Position numbers and translations under genes: made by a program
Notes under the pieces: model-generated
The model's database searches: none
Told to the model about the DNA's origin: nothing
Seen by the model: the letters and a program-made list of their open reading frames with translations, nothing else
NCBI GenBank assembly: GCA_951406725.2
Contig: OX597836.1
Coordinates: forward strand, 8,308,001-8,372,000
DNA from: Octopus vulgaris
Taxonomy: Eukaryota
DNA: 64,000 nucleotides
Direction of reading: 5' to 3'
Shown: piece after piece, positions 44,099-57,319 of the stretch
How the letters are laid out: the number at the start of each line of letters is the position of its first letter
Numbering within the stretch: position 1 is the stretch's first letter

Positions 44099-45733
44099 TT
44101 ATTCTCCATTTATTTTTATGGTAAGAATGTGTGCTGATGGTGTGTTGTGCGTTGGTATAACGAAATCAGTAATTTTAGTGTCTGTGTTTTGTTTCAGGAA
44201 TGTGACATGTTGTTCAGTTTCCGTGTTTATAGCTGTAACGGTGTCTGTGTGTGTTGGTGTGTGTGGCAGTAATGGTGGCGAAAGTGTTGTTGTTTGTTGT
44301 TGTGAGTGCATGTTGGGAAACTCTATTTGTTTGCACTTCCCCTGTGTGTTATGTGTTTCTTTTTGCTTTTTTTTCGTCTTTTCTGTGTGCCACTCCCCTT
44401 TCTCGCTATCAGTGCTCGCACAATCCGAGCTGACCTGATCTGGAAAGGGGACATTTGTCGGGTCTGTTTTCACAGTTTGCCAAAAAACAGTTATATTTGT
44501 TGGAAACGGTGCTGTTGCTGCAATTGTTGGTGTTGGTGACAGTGTCGGTGCTTCCTTCTGGGTGGTCCTTCTTGGTGTTGGTGTTGGTGTTGGTTTGGTG
44601 GTGGCTGGAGGTGGTGTCGCTCTTCGTGGTGGTGGTGATGGTGTTGGTAGTGTGGCAATTTTCGGTGTTTCACGCTGTTGTTGTTGTTGCTGCTGCTGCT
44701 GCTGCTTCTTTTTTTCTGCCTCCATTCTTTGCTTGTAAATGGGGAAGTCTTTCTTCAGATGGTTTTCGCTGCTGCAGAGGTAGCATTTTGGCTTTCGCCC
44801 CTCTACAGCAACGTGCAATTTGGTGCCGTCTGGCAAATTTACCGAATTAGGTATGGAATTTATGTTTTTCTGCTGGATTTGTGCCAGCAGCTTCACTCCC
44901 ATACCTGACCAGTTCTTCTGCAACCTGTGTACTTCTAGAATAGTGGCAGTGTCCTCTATGTCATAGAGGACAGCTGCCACTAACCAAGATATACTTAGCT
45001 CGGGTGGCACTTGGTCAATTTTGATTTTTGTTACTCGCCGACCAAGGTATGTCGGTATGAGCAACAAACTTTTTGACTGCAAGGGCGAAATGGCATGCTT
45101 CCTTGCATCTTCCTCCGTTGGGAATAGAACCTCCATGGTTCCAAACCGCTTCCCTTTGGTGACATAGCCCTTTTGAGCCCAAATGGGCTTTAGAGCTATT
45201 TCTAGTTGTTGTGGTGTTGTGTTGCTTATTTTTCTATATTTTCTTTCAAAAATCCTGTAGATGATTGTCTTCCTGTTTGTTTCCTGTATTAGTTCTTGAG
45301 GAGTATTTAGGAATACGCTGTTCCCTTCTTTCCTCAATAAACCCTTTGCAGTTTTAATTTCTTCCATCGTAACTTTTATTTCCTCCAAGATCTGCTTTGC
45401 AGCAGAGGCGAAACCGTTACGATGGTTTTCACTTGTGTTGTTGCTGGTGGTGGTGTCATTGTTGATGCTGTTCATTGCTTTTCTTTCCTCCTTCTCCGGT
45501 ATTGGAGCACTGGTGAAGGAAAGAGCAGGAAAATCTTCAATGACGTTAAAAATGACACCTTCTTTTGCATTGTCATTTTGAACGCTGCACACGCTGGCAC
45601 GGTCTTTCAAAATTTCTTTATTGCTTTTTGAGGCGCAAAATGGGCGGTTTGGAGCTGTTTTCAAAATTGTCTGTGTTTGTGGAGGGTGTGGTGTTTGAAG
45701 AAGAGAACAGCTAACTGCTCTCTTCAAAGACAT
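44099..45733 (-). CDS. LINE ORF1 (gag-like) protein, 544 aa
   Basis: Long non-repetitive ATG-initiated ORF with an RRM-like segment (..KRFGTMEVLFPTEEDARK..), a zinc-knuckle-like CYLCSSENHLKKDF (last Cys replaced by Phe), polyQ and a Pro/Thr-rich tail. Confidence 0.75.
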   Translation of the reverse strand: MSLKRAVSCSLLQTPHPPQTQTILKTAPNRPFCASKSNKEILKDRASVCSVQNDNAKEGVIFNVIEDFPALSFTSAPIPEKEERKAMNSINNDTTTSNNTSENHRNGFASAAKQILEEIKVTMEEIKTAKGLLRKEGNSVFLNTPQELIQETNRKTIIYRIFERKYRKISNTTPQQLEIALKPIWAQKGYVTKGKRFGTMEVLFPTEEDARKHAISPLQSKSLLLIPTYLGRRVTKIKIDQVPPELSISWLVAAVLYDIEDTATILEVHRLQKNWSGMGVKLLAQIQQKNINSIPNSVNLPDGTKLHVAVEGRKPKCYLCSSENHLKKDFPIYKQRMEAEKKKQQQQQQQQQQRETPKIATLPTPSPPPRRATPPPATTKPTPTPTPRRTTQKEAPTLSPTPTIAATAPFPTNITVFWQTVKTDPTNVPFPDQVSSDCASTDSEKGEWHTEKTKKKQKETHNTQGKCKQIEFPNMHSQQQTTTLSPPLLPHTPTHTDTVTAINTETEQHVTFLKQNTDTKITDFVIPTHNTPSAHILTIKINGE

Positions 45734-45957
45734 TTTTTGTTAAAATAAATGTGTATGTTTGCAAAAATTTAAAAGTTCAAACTGCAATTTTACCCCTAAT
45801 GGGGTAAAATTTTGCCTAACCAACTAGCTCCACAAGAAGTTAGTTGGCTTGGCCACACAAATATAAAAAAAATATGTATACTTTTAGACAAATTTCCAAT
45901 AAAATTGGTCAACAACTTACGGAGCCTCCGGAGACACGTCCATCCACTTTGAAAGCA

Positions 45958-45991
<34 letters not shown>

Positions 45992-46006
45992 TGATGAGGG
46001 CTACTG

Positions 46007-46012
46007 TTTATT
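46007..46012 (-). terminator. Candidate CFAP299 polyadenylation signal AATAAA
   Basis: First canonical AATAAA I see on the minus strand, ~185 nt after the stop codon. Confidence 0.45.
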
Positions 46013-46195
46013 TTTATGTTTACATCAAACATAAACAGTGAGATACTCAACTTTATACAATAAGACCAACATTTAAAGAACATTCAAACATTTCATGTAT
46101 TCTTATGTAACTGATGTCATTGATGTTGTTGCTGTGGTTGGTGGTGGTGGTGGTGGTGATTGGTTGGTTCGTTCAATCAGTTACACGCCGAAATT

Positions 46196-46294
46196 TCATA
46201 ATTTCCGTCTAGTCACATGGTCATAGAGTACAACTTGTATGTATTTGGGAGATTTTATCTCAGTTCTCGTCGTGTTGTCACCAGGACAGGAAGT
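46196..46294 (-). CDS. CFAP299: CFAP299 last coding exon
   Basis: ctaat branch-like motif and pyrimidine tract, then ttccgcag|ACTTCC. Reads TSCPGDNTTRTEIKSPKYIQVVLYDHVTRRKL-TGA, matching the family C-terminus PGDN.TR....DH..RRK. Confidence 0.94.
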   Translation of the reverse strand, partial: TSCPGDNTTRTEIKSPKYIQVVLYDHVTRRKL

Positions 46295-46696
46295 CTGCGG
46301 AAGAGAAGTAGGGAGATTAGGTGGGTAAACCACGTGAATCGCAGACAGACACACAGACAGACATGTAGGTAGGTAGAGTAACTGAGGGAGGAGTGAGTGA
46401 GTGAGACACATACATACATACACTGACAGCCAGACAAACAGACAATATATAGATAAATAACTAAGTAGACATGAGTATAATATCATCATCATCATCATCA
46501 TCATCATCGTTTAACGTCCGCTTTCCATGCTAGCATGGGTTGGACGATTTTGACTGAGGGCTGGCAAACCAGATGGCTGCACCAGGCTCCAATCTTGATC
46601 TGGCAGAGTCTCTACAGCTGGGATGCTCTTCCTGACGCCAACCACTCTACAGCTAACATGAGTTCCCCACCAAATACCTACAACATAAAAGGCATA

Positions 46697-47265
<569 letters not shown>

Positions 47266-47596
47266 TGCTCTGGATGGGTTAGTATGAATCCCGTTGCTCC
47301 GATAATAGGTATGAAGTTGATAGTGTATCTTGGGTACTGGATTTATAAACTCCTTATTAATGGTTTGCAATGTGTGTGTGTGTGTGTGTGCATGTATGTA
47401 CGTACATATAAAAACCTGCAAAACCTTCTTAGGATTTAAAGGATGATGATTAAAAGATGATTTTAATACAACACACCACCCTCTCTGGGAATGGAAACCA
47501 TGAACTTACAGTCATGAGTACAACACCTTATCCACAAGACCGCATGACTTCTACATAATAGTAAAATAGTAAAAATTTCAAAGATACATAACTTAC

Positions 47597-47726
47597 CCCC
47601 GGATCAACTTTCATAATCTTGCGATCCTTTTTATTCTTGAACATCAAACCCTGAACATTTTCTGCAATTACCTGGTAGTTTGGCGTTGGACAAGAAGAGG
47701 AGGTCTGAGTCTCCCAGTTGTAGAAA
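47597..47726 (-). CDS. CFAP299: CFAP299 internal coding exon, 130 nt
   Basis: cacag|TTTCTAC...GATCCGGGG|gtaagt. Its first T completes Ser AG+T from the previous exon. Reads [43 protein letters not shown]. Confidence 0.95.
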
Positions 47727-47884
47727 CTGTGATGAAATATTAAAGTAATTACATTATTTAGAAGTAATGTAATGACAGATTAGAAGTCTATTAAGGATCT
47801 TTACATTCATCCTAATAATAACTGCCAGTGGTCCTTTGAATTTTTGAAAACGAGTAATACGAAAAGACAATCTCTCTGTGTTCC

Positions 47885-48103
47885 TCTTTTACTCTTTTAC
47901 TCTTTTACTTGTTTCAGTCATTTGACTGCGGCCATGCTGGAGCACCGCCTTTAATCGAGCAACTCGACCCGGGACTTATTCTTTTTTTGTAAGCTCAGTA
48001 CATATTCTATCGGTCTCTTTTGCCGAACCGCTAAGTAACAGGGACATAAACACACCAGCATCGGTTGTCAAGCAATGCTAGGGGGACAAACACAGACACA
48101 CAA

Positions 48104-48134
<31 letters not shown>

Positions 48135-48305
48135 CATATATACGACGGGCTTCTTTCAGTTTCCATCTACCAAATCCACTCACAAGGCTTTGGTCGGCCC
48201 GAGGCTATAGTAGAAGACACTTGTCCAAGGTGCCACGCAGTGGGACTGAACCCGGAACCATGTGGTTGGTAAACAAGCTACTTACCACACAGCCACTCCT
48301 GCGCC
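47885..48305 (-). mobile_element. SINE family B in a CFAP299 intron
   Basis: Full-length copy nearly identical to those at 785-1187 and 15976-16394. Confidence 0.88.
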
Positions 48306-49291
48306 TATCATGATATTAAACTGCCTACCATTTTTGAACGGGTGAGAAGGCAGATTGTCTTATTTTGTACGGAATCTCCCAATATTAGAAACTGCAACAA
48401 AATATTGAAGTATTAATATTATTCAGAAGCAACGTAGTGACAGATCAGAGGTATATTAAGAAGCTTTATGTTCTTCGTAATAATAACTACCTGTGGCCCT
48501 TTGGATCTTTCAAAACAAGTAATTCGAAAAGACAGCCTATCTGTGTCCCTATTTATCTTGATATTAAACCCACCACCACTTGTTTTATTGGATACGAATG
48601 GAAATAAAACTGTCAAATGGAATAGATGTCATTGCTGATTTTCACCAAATGCAACTCTAATAAAAATATATATATATATATATCTATATATATAGCATCA
48701 AAAAGAAAGACAAAAAAAATATTGAATATATAAAAGATGACATAATTGAGAGAAAGAAAACCTATAACCACCCCCCTTGAGGAAACATAAGAGAAGAAAA
48801 CGAAGGGGGTAAGGCAACAAGCTGGCAGAATCGTTAGCACACCGGGCGAAATGCTTAGCAGTACTTCGTGTCTTTACGTTCTGAGTTCAAATTCTGCTAT
48901 GGTTGACTTTGCCTTTCATCTTTTCGAGTGCAATAAATCAAGTACCAGTTGCGTACTGGGGTCGAGCTAATCGACTGGTCCCCTCCCCCAAAATTCTGGG
49001 CCTTGTGCCTAGAGTAGAAAAGGAAGTAAGCAATAGAAGAAAGAGAGGGAGAAGGAGCAATGGGTTAATCTTTTACTCGTTTCAGTCATTTGATTGCGGC
49101 CATGCTGGAGTACCACCTTGACAGGTTTAAGTCAAACAAATCGATCCCAGGACTTTAAGCCTAGTACTTATTTTATCGGTGTCTTTTGCCAAACTGCTAA
49201 GTTACAGGCATGTAAACATACCAACATAGGTTGTCAAGTGGTGATGGTGGGGGACAGACATCGACATAAAAACACAGACACACACAAACAC

Positions 49292-49361
<70 letters not shown>

Positions 49362-49541
49362 ACACACACACACATATATACGATGGGCTTCTTTCAGTTT
49401 CTGTCAACCAAATCCAGTCACAAGGCTTTGGTCGGTCCAAGGCTATAGTAGAAGACACTTGCCCAAGGTGCCACACAATGGGACTGAACCCGGAACCATG
49501 TGGTTCGTACGCAAACTACTTACCACACAGCTACTCCTACG

Positions 49542-49581
<40 letters not shown>

Positions 49582-49585
49582 TAGA

Positions 49586-49637
<52 letters not shown>

Positions 49638-50492
49638 TAGATAGATGTATATACATATATACGTTAGATGCATACATATACATGTAGTAAAAGCAGCTAC
49701 TATATATATATATATATATATATATAGATAGATAGATAGATAGATGTACCTACTTATATACATACATACATATACATATATGTACATACATACCTGTATG
49801 TATGTATGTGTGTATATATATATATATACATCATATATTTATATATATATATATATTTTATATAAATTTATGTATATATTGCAAGGCTGACAGTGTAGTA
49901 CATATATGGTTAACATGGATGATGGTGATGATGACGACAACGATGATGATGATTATGATGGTGATGATGATTATGATGGTGATGATGATTATGATGGCGG
50001 TGTGATGCTGGCGTTGGCAACGACGATGACCATGTCGATGATGCTCATTACCCGCTTCTACTCAAGTCCGTCCATCCATCGTTGAAGCACTGTGACTGCG
50101 GCCATGCTGTAGCACCCTCACTATTGTTGTTAATGATGTTAGATAATCCCCTCGAGCTCGTTCTCTTGTATGTGCAATATGCAGCTGCACACTTGCAGAC
50201 ACCAACAGCAGGTGTCTTCGCTCGTTACAGAACGCAACTTTTCACTTTTCATCTTCAAGACTCTTTAATCAATTACTCACCGTTTTCTGAAGACAATTCC
50301 AGCTGAATTCTGCACACACACACACACACACACATGTATGTATATATACACACACGCACTTATACATATGTGTGTGTGTATGTGCGTATATATATAACTT
50401 TATGTACGAAAGACACATGCATACTTATGTATATATATATATATATTCAATGCATGCGTGTATGTATGTGTAAATATGTGTATGCATGTATG

Positions 50493-50526
<34 letters not shown>

Positions 50527-50694
50527 TGCCTGCATACAAAAGTATATATTTTCATACACATTAAGATATATATCAGGTATGAACACACACACACTAAAAC
50601 ACATGCATGTGTGTGTGCATGTATATATATATATATATATATATACATTTGTATGTACGTATATGTATATATATATATATACACACATATATAT

Positions 50695-50747
<53 letters not shown>

Positions 50748-51212
50748 CACACACATATATATATACACTTATATACACATATATATATATATATATACAT
50801 TTATACATACATATATATACATACATATACATACATATACATACATACATATATATACGCACACATAAACACACACACACACACACATCCGTATGTAAGC
50901 GTGTATGCATATATCTATGTATGTAATAAATGTATATACATACATATGGGCCTATATATATATATGCGTGGAAGTGTTTAAATATTTATGCGTATATGTA
51001 CATATATACGTGTGAACTCTTAATCATCAGTACCTTATGTGTGTCACAAGGTCTGACATTGTATTAAATAACTGTGTCACCATATATAAACCATTTAACA
51101 GAATGGGGAAAGAATTGCGGATTCTATGGAAGGCAGAGGGGAAGAAAAGTTTGCGCTAAATTAAAGAGAGATGTTTATTAGTGGGCATATATCTATATAT
51201 ATATATGCATGC

Positions 51213-51248
<36 letters not shown>

Positions 51249-51293
51249 GTATGTGTATATTTATATGTATGTATGTGTATATACATATGTATG

Positions 51294-51358
<65 letters not shown>

Positions 51359-51706
51359 GTGTGTATATATATGTGTATGTGTGTATATATATATATATCA
51401 TCAGGAAGTTAATTGTTATGGGCAGTCACACAGATATATATACACATGTACATAGATATGCATGCATATATACATATATATACATACATACATATATAGA
51501 CAGACACACACACACATATGTGTACATATATATATATACTACAAATTTACATAAACCTATTTAGTTTGTACATATCTATAGTTACATATACACGTTATAT
51601 GTATATAAACATGGATGTATGTTTGAATGTGTATATATAAATACACACACAAATACCTATATATAATTTATATATACACATCTTATAAGAATGCATATAT
51701 ATATAT

Positions 51707-51782
<76 letters not shown>

Positions 51783-52277
51783 GGCTGTGTGCGTGTGTGT
51801 GTAAAATTGCGTTTGTATTGTACGTCTCAAACTTTGTTGTTCCTTTGTGAAGTCACATGATGTCGATTTCTTTGCGGATGTTCTAACTTCCAAGGAAATG
51901 ACAGAATTGAATGACATTGTACATCGGATCATAAAACAACATCACAATGAACAACATGAATAGAAGCAGCAGCAGCAGCAGCAGTAGCAGTAGCAGTAGT
52001 AGTAGTAGTAGTTGTTGTTGTTGTTGTAGTAGTAGTTGTTGTTGTTGTTGTAGTAGTAGTAGTAGTATCGATAATATAAATGATGATGATGATGATGATG
52101 TTCGTTTATACTATAGGCAGAAGGCCTGGAATTTTTAGGGGAGAGGGCTAGTCGATTACTTCGACCCCCAGTTCTTGACTGTTATTTTATTCTATTGACC
52201 CCCATTTTAAGGATAAGAGGCAAAGTTGACCTCAACACGTAATTTGAACTCAGAATGTAAGGAACACGATAACATAC

Positions 52278-52705
52278 GGTGATGATGACGAGGAGGAGGA
52301 GAAGAAGAGGCGAATGATGAGGACGAAGATGATGATGATGAAGGCAATGACGACGACGATGCCGACAACAAAGATGAAGACAACAAAGATGATGACAACG
52401 AAGATGATGACAATGACGATGATGATGATGGGCAATGACGATGATGATGATGATGATGACAAAGATGATGACGATGATGGGCAATGATGATGATGATGAT
52501 GATGATGACGAAGATGATGATGACGATGATGATGATGGGCAATGATGGTTGATGATGATGGGGAATGATGATGATGATGATGACGATGACAATGAAGATG
52601 ATGATGACGATGATGATGATGACGACGATGATGATGATGACGACGATGATGATGGGCAATGATGATGATGATGGTAGTGGTGGTGGTGATGGTGACGAAG
52701 ATGAT
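52278..52705. repeat. Degenerate (GAT/GAC)n trinucleotide tract
   Basis: Direct reading; the recurring GATGGGCAAT marker shows higher-order duplication. Confidence 0.9.
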
Positions 52706-52921
52706 TTTTCGAATGTGGTCACACACATTATGTAGTGGGGTACCTGTGTTTTTGGTGGTGGGGAGGGGGAGTTCGTGTTGGTCCTATGATCCCCATAAGA
52801 ATGAAAGACAGACCAAGTTCTGAGTCCAAAGAAGACATTGCCAGTGAGAAAATATCTAATTGCCTTCCACTTGCCAATTTAGAGAGGAGTAAAAAGGAGC
52901 CACAAAAATGCTTTTAATTAC

Positions 52922-53064
52922 CTTAAATCTGTTGGTCTTGGTTGCAGACGCTTCTTTCCAAGAAAATATGGCTCAAAGTCTTCTGTCTTCAGTCTGTGAG
53001 CATAATCTATGTAACCTGACATTTCATGGCCTCGAAAGTTCTTGTCTCGAATGAATATAATCGT
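52922..53064 (-). CDS. CFAP299: CFAP299 internal coding exon, 143 nt
   Basis: ctgtag|ACGATT...GATTTAAG|gtaatt. Reads [47 protein letters not shown](S), the hallmark [19 protein letters not shown] block. Not in the ORF track. Confidence 0.96.
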
Positions 53065-53067
53065 CTA

Positions 53068-53234
53068 CAGAGAAAGAATAACGGGGGAAGAATAACAGAG
53101 GAAGAATAACAGAGGAAGAATAACAGAGAAAGAATAGCAGAGAAAGAATAACAGAGAAAGAATAACAGGGGAAGAATAACAGGAAGAATAACAGAGGAAG
53201 AATAACAGAGGAAGAATAACAGAGGAAGAATAAC
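53068..53234. repeat. 14-bp minisatellite (AGAATAACAGAGGA)n, ~12 units
   Basis: Direct reading; abuts the acceptor of the 143-nt exon. Confidence 0.9.
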
Positions 53235-53279
53235 TCTAATCCTAATTGCCAATCCCAACTCCAACCACAATCATTAATC

Positions 53280-53552
53280 CTAACTCTAACCCTAACCCCT
53301 GTCTCAAACCCCTCTCACAAAACTCTAACCTTAACCTTTGTTTTGAATCCCTATCACAAAACTCTAACCCTAACCCTTGTTTCGAACCCCTATCAGAAAA
53401 CTCTAACCCTAACCCCTGTCTTGAACCCCTATCACAAAACTCTAACCTTAACATTTGTTTTGAACCCATATCACAAAACTCTAACCCTTGTCTTGAACCC
53501 CTCTCACAAAACTCTAACCTTAACCTTTGTTTCGAACACCTATCACAAAACT
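53280..53552. repeat. 39-bp minisatellite with CCCTAA-type hexamers, ~7 units
   Basis: Unit AACTCTAACCCTAACCCTTGTTTCGAACCCCTATCACAA. Confidence 0.9.
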
Positions 53553-54153
53553 GAAACCATTCCTCAAAACACATCTTTGTGTCTCTGGCCATCCTTCCCC
53601 CTACCTCTTCCCATTAACCTTATTTGTGCACTTATTGTTGCTATATTTACCTGTGTTTGGAGCCCCTCTCTAAGAATTTATCAGTCTGAAAATAAATAGG
53701 TGACAAGAATACCAAACAAAGAAAAAAATATATATATAGCAAATTCTTCTGCGAAGAACGGAATAAAACATGGAGTCAATTATTCTTAGAATATTCCAAG
53801 TTCCTGAAAAACATTTGGCATTTTCGGTGCAAGAATATTATTTTTAATTAGATGTAAATAGAGAAATATTAAAGATTGGTTAAAAGAAAACTAACACAAA
53901 TACCACAAAATATACATATATACACAAACACCAACACACATACATACATACACACACACACATATATACATCACGAGTGTGTACATATGTGTATATAATC
54001 ATGCATACATACATATTTATGTGTGTGTAAAAGTGTGCGTTCGTATGTATGTGCATTTATGTATATGTATATGGACATTCATGAACATATGCACTTAAAG
54101 AGTTTGTATACATCTATACACATAAGTATGCCATCTCTCTCTCTCTCTCTCTG

Positions 54154-54204
<51 letters not shown>

Positions 54205-54633
54205 GGGGAAGCAGTGAAAGAGAAAGATAGGCCACATCTGAATGTGAATGTATGTACATATGCATATTTATACATACATATATCTCTGTCTATCTATCTA
54301 GCTCTCTATATGTACACACACACATACATATACACCAGGGATGTGCCGCCAAGGTAGGCAATGTACACATGCTGCGTACACTCCTACAACTCCATTTTCT
54401 TTACGTGCTATAAAGGCAGAAGTAAATCTGCCTTCAACTCAGTCGCACGTCTCTGTTTCCCTTATTTTTTTGTGTTTTACTACATAAAGGTCATCAACTG
54501 CCAACCTTACGTAATTACTGATAGCACGTGCCTGATACACACATAAATATATACATATATACACGTGTGTATACACACACACATATATATATACACACAT
54601 ATATACATGTTTGTGTACGTACACACACGCACG

Positions 54634-55935
54634 CGAAGGGTGTTCATTAAATATTTCTCCTGACCCCCTTCTGGTTATTGCAGGAAACAGAACTTGGACA
54701 AGTATAATCATACATGTCTCTACATGTCACATTGTAAATTGCAACATCCTACTTGTATTCGTTTGTCTTTTATGGCTGCTGAAGTGGACTAAGGTGTTAT
54801 AATGGAGGCAGTTGAATGCAGGTCAGTGGTCACGTTCTTATACTTGAGAGGTCGTACACCAAAAGCGACTTCCAATGAGATGAAAGAAGTTTATAGTAAT
54901 GATGCACCATCATATGATGTAGTCAAGCACTGGCATCACCAGTTCATATGTGGTCAGACATCGGTGGAAAATGCTCCTATTCCTGGATGGCCATATTCCA
55001 CCATTGATGGAGATACCATCCATAAAGTGGAAGCTGCAATTTTGGAGGATCACTACACAACTATTCAGTAACTAGCCAAAGAAGTGAAGATAAATGTAGG
55101 GTCCGTGGGAAAAAAATCATTCAAGACTATTTGTACATGTGAAGGTTGTCTACACGATGGATTCCCCAGACGCTCACACCTTTTCAGAAGCAGGAACGAG
55201 TCAATTGCACCCAGGCTCTTTTGGTAATGTACCAAGAAAACAAGGGGGACTTTTTCGGCAGACTTATCACACAGAATGAAACATGTGTCCACCACTATGA
55301 TCCTGAGACTAAAATCCAGTCAAAGCAATAGGAGTATGATAACTCACCACCTCTAAAGAAGGCTTGTGTCCAACCCTTAGCAGGCAAGGTGATGCACACA
55401 GGCTTTTGGGACCAGCACGTAATAGTGATGATAGATTTTCTGGCAAAGGGCACTACAATTAACACAGCATATTATGCTATTCTGCTGCAGAAATTGAGGG
55501 ACGTTATCAAAGCAGAGAGGCATGGCATGCTGACCAAAGGAGTCCACCTCCTCCAAGACAATGCCCCAGTTTACAATGCACATGCTGCTCAGATGAAAGC
55601 ACACTCCTGCGGCTATGAAATCCTTCTTTATCCCCCTTATTCTCCCAACGTTGCACCATCTGACTTCCACCACTTTCCAACCAGGAAGTCTTTTTTGAAG
55701 GGGAAGCACTTTTTGGATGATGATGAACTTATTTCCGAGGTAAGGTCTTGGCTCCAGACGCAACCTACTGAATTCTACAGACAAGGTCTTCACAGCCACA
55801 TAAAGCGATGGGAGAAGTGTGTCACCATTGGTGGCTATGTCAACAGACAACATCTTAAACATCAGGGATGAAACCTTCTCTCCCTGCATACATAAACAGT
55901 ATTTTACACTCTAATACTTTAAAGAAGACCCCCTA
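54634..55935 (+). mobile_element. Near full-length decayed mariner (DD34D type) inside a CFAP299 intron
   Basis: Broken ORFs 54802-55871 with WIPQTL, ITQNETCVHHYDPETK, LLQDNAPV and PPYSPNVAPSDF; degenerate TIRs at both ends. Confidence 0.9.
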
Positions 55936-56732
55936 TAAACGAAGGCAACCCTACCAGGATAGTGCCTTCATATATGCGAACACACATAGCACACAAACTT
56001 CACACAACAAAGAAGAAATAAGTCACAAACTACACCAATGAAGAAATGAGTCCCAAAGACGCACAACCTCAACATACAAGTACTAAAACCATGCCCAGAA
56101 CAATATCAAACAAATAATGCAAAAAAAAATCAAGAAATTTACCGAAAAGACAAACCCAAGGGAAACAAACCCCACCAATGTCACTTGATTCATTATTTCT
56201 TTGTTTCATTTATGCAAATTTACAAGAAATCCTGTGAACAAAACGAGGTTGTTTTCCAAAATGGAGGTGAACACTTTTCGCCATGTGATTGGCTTGAAAA
56301 ATTTTCAAGATACTTGGATATTTTCCTACTCTTCTTAACATGAAACCAATCATCATCATCATCATCATCATCATTTAACGGTAGCCATAATTCACAAATA
56401 CAGATTTATATATATATATATATATATCACGTGATTACGTGACCGACCAGGCTATCAGATGTTGCTACATATCGCTGGTCACAATGCGCTTCGCATTGTT
56501 TTAGCCTTCAAATGATGCCAGCCCGCTGGCTAAGCGAGCAGGCCAACAGAAGAAAGAGTGAGAGAAAGTTGCGGCGAAAGAGTACAGCAGGGGTCGCCAC
56601 CACCCCCTGCCGGAGCCGCGTGGAGCTTCAGGTGTTTTCACTCAATAAACACACACAACGCCCGGTCTGGGAATTGAAACCACGATCCTCCAACCGTCAG
56701 TCCGCTGCCCTAACCATTGGGCCATTGCGCCT

Positions 56733-56777
<45 letters not shown>

Positions 56778-57151
56778 TACACACATATATATATCAATAT
56801 ATAAATGATTATTTAACATCAGTCTTCCGTGGTGGCATGGATGGAATGGTCAGTTTGACATGATCCAATATACCACAGGATTGCACTGTATCGAGTCCCA
56901 GTGTCTGCTTTCACCTGTTTTTTACAACCAGATACCTTTCCTAATGCAGGGAAAAAGAAACGTGGTTTTGTGGGATTAATGGAGATTAAAATATTGCCAA
57001 TGATGTTGCAAAGGACAAGGTTTCGAGGAAGAGTGGGAGGGGGGGAATAGGGATGCTGGAAAGGAAAGAAGATAGAAGAATAAGAGGTGAGGAAAATAGG
57101 ATTTAAGTCATAGATGCACAAGTATGTGTGTGTATGTGTGTGTGTGTGTAT

Positions 57152-57192
<41 letters not shown>

Positions 57193-57319
57193 TGCGAGTG
57201 AATTTCTGTGTATGCATGTGTGTGAATTTGTGTATATGTAGATATGTATGTGTGTGTATATATCCATATATATATATATATATATATATATGTTTGTATA
57301 TTGTATGTGTTTACATATA

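Larger units (their letters stand above)
43434..45959 (-). mobile_element. Internally deleted L1/Tx1-like non-LTR retrotransposon
   Basis: 5'UTR, gag-like ORF1, an ORF2 C-terminal-like remnant (PSIADLWVYVE...LCLVAVVKEVVWW...FTERW), a 3'UTR with AATAAA at 43443-43448, and (AAT)n at both ends. No endonuclease or RT domain is visible. Confidence 0.75.

Noticed and set aside
48419-48616. 65-aa ORF with a possible CAG|gtagtt donor as an extra CFAP299 exon
   Set aside because: The 143-nt and 130-nt exons already join seamlessly, and the sequence is part of the duplicated intron.
52278-52705. Poly-Asp acidic protein exon
   Set aside because: GAT/GAC microsatellite with frame-breaking indels next to a SINE and no convincing splice sites.
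53242-53699. Periodic ORFs (NSNPNPCLEPLSQ), CRISPR-like array or true telomere
   Set aside because: Contiguous 39-bp tandem units with no spacers and only 1-2 hexamers per unit, located in an intron.
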